Below are positions 8,983-18,757 of a stretch of DNA of 56,937 bases, one piece after another. The notes under the pieces are model-generated. The model was given only the letters and a program-made list of their open reading frames with translations. It made no database searches and was not told the DNA's origin. Source of the DNA: Candidatus Thorarchaeota archaeon (GTDB lineage Archaea; Asgardarchaeota; Thorarchaeia; Thorarchaeales; Thorarchaeaceae). The translations under genes and the position numbers were made by a program. The stretch lies in contig JAEOTX010000022.1 in the NCBI GenBank assembly GCA_016839605.1, positions 1 through 56,937 of the forward strand, given 5' to 3'. Each line of letters opens with the position of its first letter. The first letter of the stretch is position 1.

Positions 8983-9783
8983 ATGGATATAATGATTATA
9001 CACCGGCAAGATGATGTTATTCACTTTCTTGTGGAAGGCATCGATGTTGCCTTTGCAAACGCACTTCGGAGAACTATGCTTACCCGCGTGCCTGCAATGG
9101 CAATTGATGAGGTGCTTGTGCTTGAGAATACCAGTGTCATGTACGATGAAATTCTCGCTCACAGGCTTGGTCTAATACCTCTAATCACTGATCTAGAGAG
9201 CTATAATCTCCCTCAGGACTGTGACTGTGAGGGAAAGGGTTGTAGTCTATGCCAGTGCACACTCACCCTCGAGAAGGAGTCCGGTAGCGAAGATGTAGTT
9301 GTTTACTCAGGCGATCTTGTGTCACAAGACCCCAAAGTGAACCCCTCGACTGGAGAAATACCGCTTGTCAAGCTCGCACCGAATCAGAGGCTCATTATCG
9401 AGGCTTACGCACGTCTAGGAACTGGTCTTGAGAATGCCAAGTTTCAGCCAGTTTCTACTGTGGCATACAAGTACGTACCAATAGTAGAAGTTGACAAGGA
9501 CAAATGTACAAAGTGTGAGGCATGTGTGGAGGTCTGCCCGAAGAAGATTTTCGTAATCGACAAGGACACACTGGCAACCCAGAACACCTTGGACTGTACC
9601 ATGTGTGAGTTATGTGTTCAGGAATGCGAACCAGGGGCAATTACGATAGGGTCTAAGAACGACGCCTTTCTTTTCAAAGTCGAGTCATCCGGCGCGCTAG
9701 CTCCAGAGGCAATCGTGGAGAATGCAGCAGACACACTGAAGAAAAGAATCAGAGTTTCTCTCGACTTTGTTGGCAAATTATGA
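8983..9783 (+). CDS. rpoD: RNA polymerase subunit Rpo3 (D) with ferredoxin-like insert
   Basis: ANALRR, NTSVMYDEILAHRLGLIP, AKFQP; CxxCxxCxxxCP motifs. Confidence 0.97.
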   Translation: MDIMIIHRQDDVIHFLVEGIDVAFANALRRTMLTRVPAMAIDEVLVLENTSVMYDEILAHRLGLIPLITDLESYNLPQDCDCEGKGCSLCQCTLTLEKESGSEDVVVYSGDLVSQDPKVNPSTGEIPLVKLAPNQRLIIEAYARLGTGLENAKFQPVSTVAYKYVPIVEVDKDKCTKCEACVEVCPKKIFVIDKDTLATQNTLDCTMCELCVQECEPGAITIGSKNDAFLFKVESSGALAPEAIVENAADTLKKRIRVSLDFVGKL

Positions 9784-9794
9784 GGTGAATACAA

Positions 9795-10157
9795 TTGGTA
9801 AAATCAGGACCAACTGACCCCAATACTCGTGCACTCATTAATGCACTGAGGAAGACATCTAGCAAACACAATGCAAAGGTCTGGAAGCGGGTCGCAGAGC
9901 TAGTGTCACGCCCAGCCAGAAAGCGAGCTACAGTCAATATTGGAAAAATAGGACGCCACACACAGGCTGGAGACGTGGTAGTGGTCCCAGGAAAAGTCCT
10001 GGGCTCTGGTATCCTGCCCCACAAAGTGACAGTAGCAGCACTGAACGCCTCTGCTTCAGCCCGATCCGTGATTGTTGGAGCAGGAGGCTCATTAATCACT
10101 ATTGATGAACTGCTGACCAAAGTCCCAAAGGGGAAGGGAGTGACAATTATCATTTAG
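9795..10157 (+). CDS. rpl18e: 50S ribosomal protein eL18
   Basis: VVVPGKVLGSG; operon context. Confidence 0.95.
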   Translation: MVKSGPTDPNTRALINALRKTSSKHNAKVWKRVAELVSRPARKRATVNIGKIGRHTQAGDVVVVPGKVLGSGILPHKVTVAALNASASARSVIVGAGGSLITIDELLTKVPKGKGVTIII

Positions 10158-10166
10158 GTGGTTTCA

Positions 10167-10619
10167 ATGAGCGAGAAAGAAGTAAAGGTCTACGATGCCG
10201 AGAATATGGTCATTGGACGATTGGCCTCCAAGGTAGCGAAGGCTGCACTCCTCGGTGATAGAGTGGCTATTGTGAACGCGGAGAAAGCTATAATCACAGG
10301 TGACAAGTATACGGTCATTGAAGCCTACAAAGAGAAGTTCAATATTCGTACCTCCTATAATCCACGAAAGGGACCATTCCATCATCGTCGTCCAGACAAG
10401 ATGGTCCGGAGGATTATTCGAGGCATGTTACCATGGCCCACCCCTCGTGGGAAAGCGGCCTACAAGAGAGTGCAGTGTTTCATTGGCATTCCAGATAAGT
10501 ATGCGGAATCAGAGAAGATTGTACTCGAAGGTTCTAAGTACAAGAGCCTCCGACAGAAATACATCACGATAGCAAACCTGAGCCATGAACTCGGATGGAG
10601 AAACCCGGAGGTCGTATGA
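10167..10619 (+). CDS. rpl13: 50S ribosomal protein uL13
   Basis: GRLASKVAK, NAEKAIITG, RGMLP. Confidence 0.96.
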   Translation: MSEKEVKVYDAENMVIGRLASKVAKAALLGDRVAIVNAEKAIITGDKYTVIEAYKEKFNIRTSYNPRKGPFHHRRPDKMVRRIIRGMLPWPTPRGKAAYKRVQCFIGIPDKYAESEKIVLEGSKYKSLRQKYITIANLSHELGWRNPEVV

Positions 10620-10620
10620 A

Positions 10621-11025
10621 ATGGCAATTAGAGTGGTCGTTTCAACTGGAAAGAGGAAGACGTCGCTGGCAAAAGCCACCATCAAGAATGGTAGTGGACG
10701 GATTAGAATTAATGGAAGACCTCTTGAGATACACCAGCCCGAGGTCGCAAAGATGAGAATCATGGAACCCCTGATTCTCTTCGGTGATGGTTGGACGAAA
10801 TATGACATCAGAGTGCGTGTTCGTGGCGGAGGCGTCATGAGCCAAGCCGATGCGGTACGAATGTCTATTGCAACTGGCCTGTTCCGCATGAGCCAAGACT
10901 ATGAGGCACGCTCTCGAATGCTGGAGCATGACAGGACTATGCTGGTCGGCGATCCCCGACGTACAGAGCCAAAGAAGTTTGGTGGGCCTTCAGCACGCTC
11001 CCGATATCAGAAGTCTTACAGGTGA
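10621..11025 (+). CDS. rps9: 30S ribosomal protein uS9
   Basis: GKRKT, GGGVMSQADA, KKFGGPSARSRYQKSYR. Confidence 0.97.
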   Translation: MAIRVVVSTGKRKTSLAKATIKNGSGRIRINGRPLEIHQPEVAKMRIMEPLILFGDGWTKYDIRVRVRGGGVMSQADAVRMSIATGLFRMSQDYEARSRMLEHDRTMLVGDPRRTEPKKFGGPSARSRYQKSYR

Positions 11026-11028
11026 GGC

Positions 11029-11250
11029 ATGAATATGATAATCCCAATTCGTTGTTTTACGTGTGGAAAACTAGTAGCTGACAAGTTTGATCAGTTCAAG
11101 CGTCAAGTTCGCCAAGGAGAAGACCCAGCAGTAGTCCTAGATAACTTGGGTCTTCACAGGTATTGCTGCAGGAGAATGCTGTTGTCGCATATCGATATTA
11201 TTGATAGCTTCATGGCATTTGCTACAACAGAGGTTGTGGAGGGTAAATAG
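11029..11250 (+). CDS. rpoN: RNA polymerase subunit Rpo10 (N)
   Basis: [12 protein letters not shown]...[11 protein letters not shown]. Confidence 0.97.
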   Translation: MNMIIPIRCFTCGKLVADKFDQFKRQVRQGEDPAVVLDNLGLHRYCCRRMLLSHIDIIDSFMAFATTEVVEGK

Positions 11251-11252
11251 CA

Positions 11253-11888
11253 GTGAGTGAAACAGAGATTCCAGAGGCTGAGCTACTGACTCCTATGGAC
11301 AAGTACCTAGCTGCAGGTTGTCACATAGGAACCCAGGTAAAGACCCAAGACATGGATCCCTTTGTCTATCGACAGCGTCCAATCGGACTCTACGTCCTAG
11401 ATGTTAGAAAGACTGATGAGCGAATCAGAACTGCGGGCAAGTTCATCGCACGCTTTGATGCCTCAAAGATAGTTGTGGTGTCTGGTCGTGTTTACGGAAA
11501 ACGTCCTGTAGAAACTTTTGCTTATTACATGGGGGCAAATGCCTTCACTGAACGCTTTGTGCCAGGCACCCTCACAAATCCCAACATCGCTGGTCCAAGG
11601 GTCTATGTAGAGCCTGAACTCGTCATTCTTACAGATCCTCGTACTGATCAACAGGCTCTTTCTGAGGCCGCAAGGATTGGCGTCCCGGTAATCGCACTGT
11701 GTGACACTGACAATCAAACAACCAATGTAGACCTCGTGATTCCTTCCAATAACAGAGGTCGTAAAGCACTGGCGCTTGTCTATTTCTTACTCACACGACA
11801 GGTGTTGCGAGAACGCGGCACACTCACAGAAGAGGAAGAAACCGCCTTCACAGCTGAGGACTTCGAGCCTCAGGTGCAACGCTTTTAG
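11253..11888 (+). CDS. rps2: 30S ribosomal protein uS2
   Basis: YLAAGCHIG, RFVPGTLTN, DLVIPSNNRG. Confidence 0.97.
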   Translation: MSETEIPEAELLTPMDKYLAAGCHIGTQVKTQDMDPFVYRQRPIGLYVLDVRKTDERIRTAGKFIARFDASKIVVVSGRVYGKRPVETFAYYMGANAFTERFVPGTLTNPNIAGPRVYVEPELVILTDPRTDQQALSEAARIGVPVIALCDTDNQTTNVDLVIPSNNRGRKALALVYFLLTRQVLRERGTLTEEEETAFTAEDFEPQVQRF

Positions 11889-12283
11889 GATTCATGAATG
11901 GAGACGATGCCACGGTCGGCGTCGACCTCCACTCTTTGTCCTGTCTTTATTTTTTCAATCTCAATACCGTCCACAGTTGGTATCTCTGAGATTATACTAC
12001 CAACAGCGATGACTGGATCGGTTTCTTTGTTGATTATTGCTGCAGGGGCTTTCTCTGCTTTCTTTAATGCATACAAGACGTATGAACCAACGGTCGATCC
12101 CTTACCGCTCGGCATGACCAGTATCCTTCCAGCCACTGACTTGCCTTCCAATGGATGGTCTTTTTCTACAACTTCCCCTGTTTCCGGATCAACGCCTCCG
12201 TAGAAGCTAATATCAACAGTTGTCACTAACGCATCGCCTTCGGCTTTGCCCTTGTAGATCTTGCGTCCTTGAAACTCAGTCAT
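11885..12283 (-). CDS. Phosphomevalonate dehydratase small subunit (AcnX swivel domain, DUF126)
   Basis: GGVDPETG, GKGSTVGSYV; overlaps large-subunit stop (ATGA). Confidence 0.9.
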   Translation of the reverse strand: MTEFQGRKIYKGKAEGDALVTTVDISFYGGVDPETGEVVEKDHPLEGKSVAGRILVMPSGKGSTVGSYVLYALKKAEKAPAAIINKETDPVIAVGSIISEIPTVDGIEIEKIKTGQRVEVDADRGIVSIHES

Positions 12284-13467
12284 ACAAGCGCCTCCTTGAT
12301 ACATTCATCCACAGTTCGAATCTTGATGTCGAACTTGTTCTTTCCTCTTGCGTAGTAACATGCTTTTGCAGAGTCAGTCATAAGTCCCTTGAAACGTCCT
12401 TCAAGTGGAGCCACAGCGCAACAGGCATCACTCACCAAATAAGCTCCAGCTTTCTCTATTTTGTCATAATACCCCATCTTGATGGCCATATCCTTCGTTG
12501 GCTTTGCCGTAGTAATCCAGACGGTCTTCCCCTCTGTAACCTGCTTTCCATCCAACATGTCTGCAATCTTGGCTATGTCATTGATGCTTGCATGGGGACA
12601 TCCAACACTGATGAAGTCGATTTCTGCAGCGTCATCATCAAGTTCTTGTCGAGCTTGGTCAAGATTTTCTTGAGTGACAATCTCGGTGATTTCCGGCACT
12701 CTGGTCCGGTTTGGAGTGATTCCTTCCATGTGGAACAGAGCCACGCCTCCGTAGGTTGCAATAGATGCACAGAAAGACCTCAGTTGGCCGGTTGTTGCTT
12801 GCGGTACCCCTGTGATATACGGAATTTTCTTACCCGTACGGTCTCCAATCACCTTTCCTAGGAGTCCAAAATCGTCAGTGTTATGCAAACCAGTCTGAAT
12901 CTCATAGCCCACCTGTGCCATTCGATTCTTCTCAAGATGGAATCCGTATTCTGCAGTCTTTCCAGTAAGGGAAGAGGCCAAGGCACTAGGTCCTCCCTCC
13001 CTGTTAGTCAATGCACCAATCACAGAGTTGGAGAAACAGACAGCAGAGGATTCTGCCCAAGCAATATGTTCACCGTAGTGCGGGAGATTTCCTATCAGAT
13101 ATGGGGTACAAGTACAGGTGGTCACTACTCCCATCCTAGCAAAGGCATCAACTACTCTCTGTTGATTCTCCGCAAAATCCGCGCTGATTCCATGTTTCTT
13201 CCACTCCAGCATGTCCATTCCAGCTGGGTTTAGTGTGGTCAAGACCCGAGCCTGCCCGTCCTCAGCCATCTCTGAGAGATACTCCAGCCCCGCCTCTCCA
13301 AGATTGTGATATGAAACACCTGCGATCTGGACGCTTGTGACAGGAATCAGACGTTCAGCCCCGTAAATCTCTCCCAATGTCGTGATAATCTCCATTGCCT
13401 TCCGAATGGCCTTTCCATGTTTTCCCTCAAGCATCTCTTTCTCTTCAGCAGTGAGTTTGAGTCCCAT
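12280..13467 (-). CDS. Phosphomevalonate dehydratase large subunit (AcnX, DUF521)
   Basis: TCTCTPY, AWAESSAV, NREGGP, GCPH, TDSAKACYY. Confidence 0.9.
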   Translation of the reverse strand: MGLKLTAEEKEMLEGKHGKAIRKAMEIITTLGEIYGAERLIPVTSVQIAGVSYHNLGEAGLEYLSEMAEDGQARVLTTLNPAGMDMLEWKKHGISADFAENQQRVVDAFARMGVVTTCTCTPYLIGNLPHYGEHIAWAESSAVCFSNSVIGALTNREGGPSALASSLTGKTAEYGFHLEKNRMAQVGYEIQTGLHNTDDFGLLGKVIGDRTGKKIPYITGVPQATTGQLRSFCASIATYGGVALFHMEGITPNRTRVPEITEIVTQENLDQARQELDDDAAEIDFISVGCPHASINDIAKIADMLDGKQVTEGKTVWITTAKPTKDMAIKMGYYDKIEKAGAYLVSDACCAVAPLEGRFKGLMTDSAKACYYARGKNKFDIKIRTVDECIKEALV

Positions 13468-13468
13468 T

Positions 13469-14776
13469 TCATTCACCCAAGAACTTCTTCAGATCGACCT
13501 CTGGAAAATCAGCCTTGTCAAAGCTCTTTCCTTTGGTGTCCAGGGCTTTGGTGCAGTCAAAGCCAATCTTAGTGGTCATCTTCGTACCAGGCTCTGCACT
13601 TGGGTCTAACGAGCTGCCAGGTTCTGGATCCTTGATTAGAAGGTCGACATCACCTTGGAATCTGGTTGCCATAGCCCATTCCCTCTCTTCCTCATTGTAG
13701 ATATCTATGTCCTCATCATAGACCCAAACGTGCTTAGCACTCCTATGACCTTCAAATGCCCCCTCAATAGCCTTCAATCCATCATCTTCGTGTTCTTTTC
13801 TAACCTGAATGGCAATGTGGAGCCAACTCGACCCTCCGGGAGTAATGTTGACATCTAGGACTTTGACACCTTTCTCCTTGACGCTCCTGAAGACCGTAGG
13901 TTCTCTGGGCATTCCCATCAGTACCTTGTGTTCGGAGCGACCTGGCAACAGACCTTGCCATATAGCGGTCTTGCGGTGCGTTATCTTCTTGACCTCGAAG
14001 ATGGGCTCTTGACGAACTACATCAACAGTTTCTGTCAAATCAATAAAGGGTCCTTCATCATGTTTCTCCTCTAATACCACCCTTCCTTCAAAGACAAACT
14101 CACAGTCTGCAGGTATCATCAAGTCTACTGTCTTTGCTTTTACGACTTTGATAGGTTTGAGGGCATTGGCAATCTCAAGCTCATTGACTCCGGTTTTTAC
14201 AGAGGTAGCACCAGCTACAAGCACCTCTGCAGTGTTCCCAATACAGTATGCTACATCAACTTCGCCATTCCGTTCGAGAAACTTGTGAAAATCGCGACCT
14301 CGGACCACTCTTGTGACCATCTTTTCCTTGCTGATTTGCATTGCTCGATGGAAATCTAGATTCTGTCCATATTCAGAGTCTGCAGATACGACTACACCTG
14401 ATGATATGTAGGGGCCACCATCGATCACATTATGCAGAAGAATTGGATACTTGTCAAGATCAACTCCGTTAACAACAACCTCCTGACAAGCCGCTTTCTC
14501 AACCACATCTGGAGGGCTACGATTCTCAATCGAGGCGGTAAGAGTGGGGATTATTTCAGGTGTCTTAATTCCAAAATAGTCTGCAATCTGCCCTTTTGTA
14601 CAGAATAGGTTCCCCGCCACTCTGAAATCAACCTCTTTGACACTCTCGAACAAAACTGGTTCGGGCTCAAGACTCTTGAGTACTCCAGCAATCTCCAGGT
14701 TTTTCGAGATGGTCTTGTGAACTGTTGTGAGTTTTCCTTCTTTTGCTAGATTCTGTATATGCTTTTCAAGTATCAT
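13469..14776 (-). CDS. UbiD-family decarboxylase, likely trans-anhydromevalonate phosphate decarboxylase
   Basis: DGGPYI, EGPF, WAMATRFQ, SSLDPS, KIGFDCT; operon with mvk and AcnX. Confidence 0.85.
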   Translation of the reverse strand: MILEKHIQNLAKEGKLTTVHKTISKNLEIAGVLKSLEPEPVLFESVKEVDFRVAGNLFCTKGQIADYFGIKTPEIIPTLTASIENRSPPDVVEKAACQEVVVNGVDLDKYPILLHNVIDGGPYISSGVVVSADSEYGQNLDFHRAMQISKEKMVTRVVRGRDFHKFLERNGEVDVAYCIGNTAEVLVAGATSVKTGVNELEIANALKPIKVVKAKTVDLMIPADCEFVFEGRVVLEEKHDEGPFIDLTETVDVVRQEPIFEVKKITHRKTAIWQGLLPGRSEHKVLMGMPREPTVFRSVKEKGVKVLDVNITPGGSSWLHIAIQVRKEHEDDGLKAIEGAFEGHRSAKHVWVYDEDIDIYNEEEREWAMATRFQGDVDLLIKDPEPGSSLDPSAEPGTKMTTKIGFDCTKALDTKGKSFDKADFPEVDLKKFLGE

Positions 14777-14789
14777 CCAAACACCTCAG

Positions 14790-15731
14790 TCAAAGTCCGA
14801 ATGTTGTATTGTAGACAAAAGGCGACCCACCCTTTTCTAGCGCATCTGCAATCTGTTTTTGAGTATCTACATCTGGGGACAAGGCCATCATATTTCCGCC
14901 ACGACCAGTTCCTGTCATCTTGGCACCAAGTGCTCCATTCTCCAGAGCGATATCAACCATTTCATCAAGTTCACTACATGATACTGTAAGTTCCTGTAAG
15001 AGAGAATGATTTTGATTCATAAACTCTCCAACTCGCACGAGATCGAATTTCAACAGAGATTCTCTTGCGTCTGTGACGAGCTCATGATACTTGTTAGCTA
15101 GTCTATCAAACCATTTGGAATCAGATTCCTTCTTCGCTCTTACGTCGCCAACAACCTCTGTAGTACTAGCAGTGAGACCAGTAGCTGCTATGGTGAGATT
15201 TGCAGCATCCTTGAGTTTGAGAGTTTCAAACTTTGGTGGCCCTCCTGTCAAGTCTCTTACAAACCAGACTAAGCCGCCAAAGGTTGAAGCTGTGTTGTCA
15301 ATTCCTGAAGGGGTGCCATGTGACCCTTTCTCGCCTTCGTATGCAATCGCGTTTATCTTATCATCATCAAATCCGAGCCTAAATTCGTCATCAAGTGCTC
15401 GGGCAAGTGACACACAAATTGCGGCACTCGCACCATATCCTGAAGCACATACCAAGTCCCCTTCATATTCAATATGGATTCCCATATCACTGAGGTCTAT
15501 TCCTGCGGCATCGAGCACATTGTTGATTGAAACGACCTGTTCATCTTTCTTCTTTGCTTTGTAGCCTGGAACCTCAAGTCTTCTGTCATCAACTGTCCAT
15601 CCACGACTCTTCGACCGACTCACATATGCGACAGTCTTAGAGGATATTCCAGCGGCCAATGCTGGAAGTCCATAGACCACAAAATGTTCTCCGAATAAGA
15701 TGCTCTTGCCGAATCCTATGCCTTCGCCCAT
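14790..15731 (-). CDS. mvk: Mevalonate kinase
   Basis: GKSILFGEHFVVYG, SGYGASAA, HGTPSGIDN, GAKMTGTGRGG. Confidence 0.93.
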   Translation of the reverse strand: MGEGIGFGKSILFGEHFVVYGLPALAAGISSKTVAYVSRSKSRGWTVDDRRLEVPGYKAKKKDEQVVSINNVLDAAGIDLSDMGIHIEYEGDLVCASGYGASAAICVSLARALDDEFRLGFDDDKINAIAYEGEKGSHGTPSGIDNTASTFGGLVWFVRDLTGGPPKFETLKLKDAANLTIAATGLTASTTEVVGDVRAKKESDSKWFDRLANKYHELVTDARESLLKFDLVRVGEFMNQNHSLLQELTVSCSELDEMVDIALENGALGAKMTGTGRGGNMMALSPDVDTQKQIADALEKGGSPFVYNTTFGL

Positions 15732-15871
15732 TCTCTCACACTCAGTCCCTGAGATTTGCAGTCGGAAGGCATATCGCCACTTTTGAACTCTTCCTTAGTC
15801 ACTAATCAAACTATGACTGGATTGTTTCGTGCGTAAGACTCTTGTTAACCATTGAAAATGAAAAAGTTAGC

Positions 15872-16834
15872 ATGAAAGTACTGGATCTCTTTTCAGGTGC
15901 AGGTGGGTTCTCATCTGGCTTTGCAAGCACAAGTGATACCCATCTTGCTGTTGATGTTGATCCAATTGCATTAGAAACATACTCTCTGAATTATCCTGGG
16001 ACCAGGAATCTCCAAAGGGACATTGGAAGTCTTCACTCGATTGAATTGGAACGTGAACTAGGTGGTGCTCCGGACATCATCATGGCTTCTCCCCCATGTG
16101 AGGAGTTTAGTCAAGCCAATCCAGACAGTGCAACACCAGCTGCTGAGAGAATATACGGAGCCGGCACTGCACATCTTGTACTTGACACAATCAGGATAAT
16201 TGGGGACTTATCTCCTAAGGTGTTTCTTATTGAAAACGTGGCTGCGCTCATAAAGGCTGGAGGTAAAGAGATAGTTCGTCGGGAGCTAGAAAGAGTCGGA
16301 ATCGATGATGTGTGGTTTAACCTAGTACGAGCACATCAACATGGTAATCCATCCAAACGTCTTCGGTTGTTCATTAGTAATGTGAAACTGAGTCTTCCTC
16401 GTGGAGTCCCACCACGGGTGATGGAGGCTATTGGAGACCTTCCCCCATTAGACCAAGATGCACTCTTTACTCCAGATAGAGAAGTTCCGAACCACGTGCG
16501 CCATTCAGTGACCGAGGACAAGCTGAAACAAATCAGAAGAACTCGCTGGCGCCATGGCGCTAAACGTTTCCGAGTTGGCAAGAAGAGAAGTCTGCCTAAT
16601 TGGGTGCGTTTGACTCCTGATCAGATAGCAACCTCCATTATTGGTTTGTCTCGTTACATTCACCCGTTTGAGCACAGACTTCTCACAGTTCGTGAACACG
16701 CAAGACTCATGAGCTATCCCGATTCATTCGTTTTCACGGGTCCAAAAGACAGCCAATACAATCAAGTTGGAGAGAGTGTTCCACCGCTGATATCGCATCT
16801 CATTGCAGAGGAGGTCCAAAAATATCTTGAGTGA
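15872..16834 (+). CDS. Cytosine-C5 methyltransferase (orphan, no cognate nuclease)
   Basis: DLFSGAGG, SPPCEEFS, ENV, R-x-R, REHARLMSYPD, QVGESVPP. Confidence 0.9.
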   Translation: MKVLDLFSGAGGFSSGFASTSDTHLAVDVDPIALETYSLNYPGTRNLQRDIGSLHSIELERELGGAPDIIMASPPCEEFSQANPDSATPAAERIYGAGTAHLVLDTIRIIGDLSPKVFLIENVAALIKAGGKEIVRRELERVGIDDVWFNLVRAHQHGNPSKRLRLFISNVKLSLPRGVPPRVMEAIGDLPPLDQDALFTPDREVPNHVRHSVTEDKLKQIRRTRWRHGAKRFRVGKKRSLPNWVRLTPDQIATSIIGLSRYIHPFEHRLLTVREHARLMSYPDSFVFTGPKDSQYNQVGESVPPLISHLIAEEVQKYLE

Positions 16835-16838
16835 TACA

Positions 16839-17303
16839 ATGAAAAACGTCTATGTTGTGCTTCACAATGTTCATGCTGTAAGCAAGGTGATGGAGACCGC
16901 CCAAGTGGTCTATGGACTAGGTTTTCCTAACTTTGTAGTATCGAAGGCCGAAGGGTCCGCAGCTCAGACTGGAGTGCCTGAATCAAACCGCCTTGCCATG
17001 AAAATGAAGGGGAGTTTTGCAGTCTTACCAGACCTTCGTGACGTCCTTGAGATGCTGGATGTTGATAAGCCGATAATGATTACATCTCCAGTCCTTGTCA
17101 AGGACCGTGTGAACGTAGACGAAATGGCGAAGAGAATAAGGGATGGAGAACGAATTGTGATTGTTCTCTCTGGTAGTAACAGCTCCTTTTCACGAAAGGA
17201 GATGGATATGGGGGAGTGTGTAAGCCTAGAGGCAAGAGTCGATATTGGTCCTGGAGGATCTGCAGCCATAGTGCTCCATGGAATAGTTGGGACACTAGTC
17301 TAG
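16839..17303 (+). CDS. COG4080/DUF2122-type SPOUT-like protein
   Basis: VVLHNVH...GSAAQTGVPE...LPDL pattern recalled for the archaeal family. Confidence 0.65.
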   Translation: MKNVYVVLHNVHAVSKVMETAQVVYGLGFPNFVVSKAEGSAAQTGVPESNRLAMKMKGSFAVLPDLRDVLEMLDVDKPIMITSPVLVKDRVNVDEMAKRIRDGERIVIVLSGSNSSFSRKEMDMGECVSLEARVDIGPGGSAAIVLHGIVGTLV

Positions 17304-17325
17304 TCCGTCGATTTTGAAAATGAAA

Positions 17326-17346
17326 TGGTGGGCCGGACGAGATTTG
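17326..17346 (-). repeat. att-like copy of tRNA-Pro 3' end (direct repeat of 18655-18675)
   Basis: TGGTGGGCCGGACGAGATTTG identical at both positions. Confidence 0.92.
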
Positions 17347-17366
17347 GAAGAAACTGTATAACTTCC

Positions 17367-18545
17367 CTATTCTTTGGTATGTACTATTACAAGATTGTCT
17401 TGAATCAGAGATACGTCTTTTCCCATAAAATCAACTATATTGACGAAATGACATGGTAGACCTCGCGCAGTCAAGAAATCAGGGCCATTCATTATCTGGA
17501 AATGAAGGTGTGGTCCAGCTGAGTGTCCCGCATTCCCGACCTTCCCTATGACATGTCCCTGTTTGACTTTATCTCCCTTCTTTACTGTGGCACTACCTGT
17601 AGATAAATGCGCATAGATAGAGTATTCATCATTAGGGTGTTTGATTATGATATAGTTACCCAATACAATAGCATGCCATCCATACTTTTTCTTTATCTCT
17701 TCCTGTTTCTCTGGTGGAAATGTGTCCGGAGCTATGGGATTCTCTGGTGCCTTATCAAAGACGTCTATGATCTCACCATCATACACGGCGCATATGTCCT
17801 TCCTGTATGTCTTGAAATCTTCATTCTTGGTCTTAACCATATGAGGAAATGTCAAATCATCATTGAGGTAGACAAAATCCATTCCAAACTCCTGTGAATG
17901 TGCCAGTCTATGACTGTTAATTGTAATATCCCAGTTCCCCCATACAAGACACGCTCCTTTCAATGGAAAGATATACTCATTCTTAGAAGAATACTCCCTG
18001 ATTGGAACAGATATAGAACTTGTCTTGACCTCTCCGTTCATCTCAAATACTACTGTAATTTCCATCTCGTCAACAGGGTCTGAGAGACATGCTTTGAACG
18101 TCTTTCCCCAAAGTCCAGTTTCATCAAGAGGGTCTAACTCCATCTTATCAGTCAATTTCCCAAAGTCCCAAAAAGGTTCTTCTCCAAACATATTTTTGAA
18201 CTCGATTATTCTTTCCTTTTCTTCTTCTGGATTCGATTTTACTGTTCCAATGAACTCACCGATTTTTGACAACTTCTCTGCACGAATTGCGAGCATCTCT
18301 TTTGGAAAAGAAATGATTTGTTGCACATTTCCATCAGACTTGAGAGAAAACCTGAGTTCTTGAATTGATATTTTCTCTTCGGATATGTTCCTAATTCTCA
18401 GTGCACGAAGAAGAAAGATATCCTCTGGTTTTCCCCCGCCCAATACTGAGCTTGTTATACTGTTCCTTGGGGTCTTAATCAAGAAATTTCTTGGTAGATA
18501 TGACATCTCAATCATAAATATCACCACAAATGTAACCTTATCCAT
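17367..18545 (-). CDS. M23-family metallopeptidase
   Basis: GNYIIIKH, YAHL, VKKGDKVKQGHVIGKVGNAGHSAGPHLHFQ; AGGAG before ATG at 18545. Confidence 0.9.
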   Translation of the reverse strand: MDKVTFVVIFMIEMSYLPRNFLIKTPRNSITSSVLGGGKPEDIFLLRALRIRNISEEKISIQELRFSLKSDGNVQQIISFPKEMLAIRAEKLSKIGEFIGTVKSNPEEEKERIIEFKNMFGEEPFWDFGKLTDKMELDPLDETGLWGKTFKACLSDPVDEMEITVVFEMNGEVKTSSISVPIREYSSKNEYIFPLKGACLVWGNWDITINSHRLAHSQEFGMDFVYLNDDLTFPHMVKTKNEDFKTYRKDICAVYDGEIIDVFDKAPENPIAPDTFPPEKQEEIKKKYGWHAIVLGNYIIIKHPNDEYSIYAHLSTGSATVKKGDKVKQGHVIGKVGNAGHSAGPHLHFQIMNGPDFLTARGLPCHFVNIVDFMGKDVSLIQDNLVIVHTKE

Positions 18546-18654
18546 ATGTTCTCCTAAAGAACGTAGCAAGGATTTTCCTATCATTGTTTAAAGTAATTCC
18601 CTGTCTCGTCCTTCTACACTTCAGCAGAAACAGTGTATCTCTTTCAAAAAGAAG

Positions 18655-18731
18655 TGGTGGGCCGGACGAGATTTGAACTCGCGATCCCTTGGATCCGAAC
18701 CAAGAATCATACCAAGCTAGACCACCGACCC
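18655..18731 (-). tRNA. tRNA-Pro(CGG), intronless, encoded CCA
   Basis: 77-nt cloverleaf; anticodon arm CTTGG-TTCGGAT-CCAAG. Confidence 0.95.
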
Positions 18732-18757
18732 ATGGCTGAGTCAATCCTCAGAGTGAA

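Larger units (their letters stand above)
17326..18675. mobile_element. tRNA-Pro-integrated mini-island or remnant, without integrase
   Basis: 21-bp direct repeats flank a single, visibly AT-richer gene. Confidence 0.7.
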
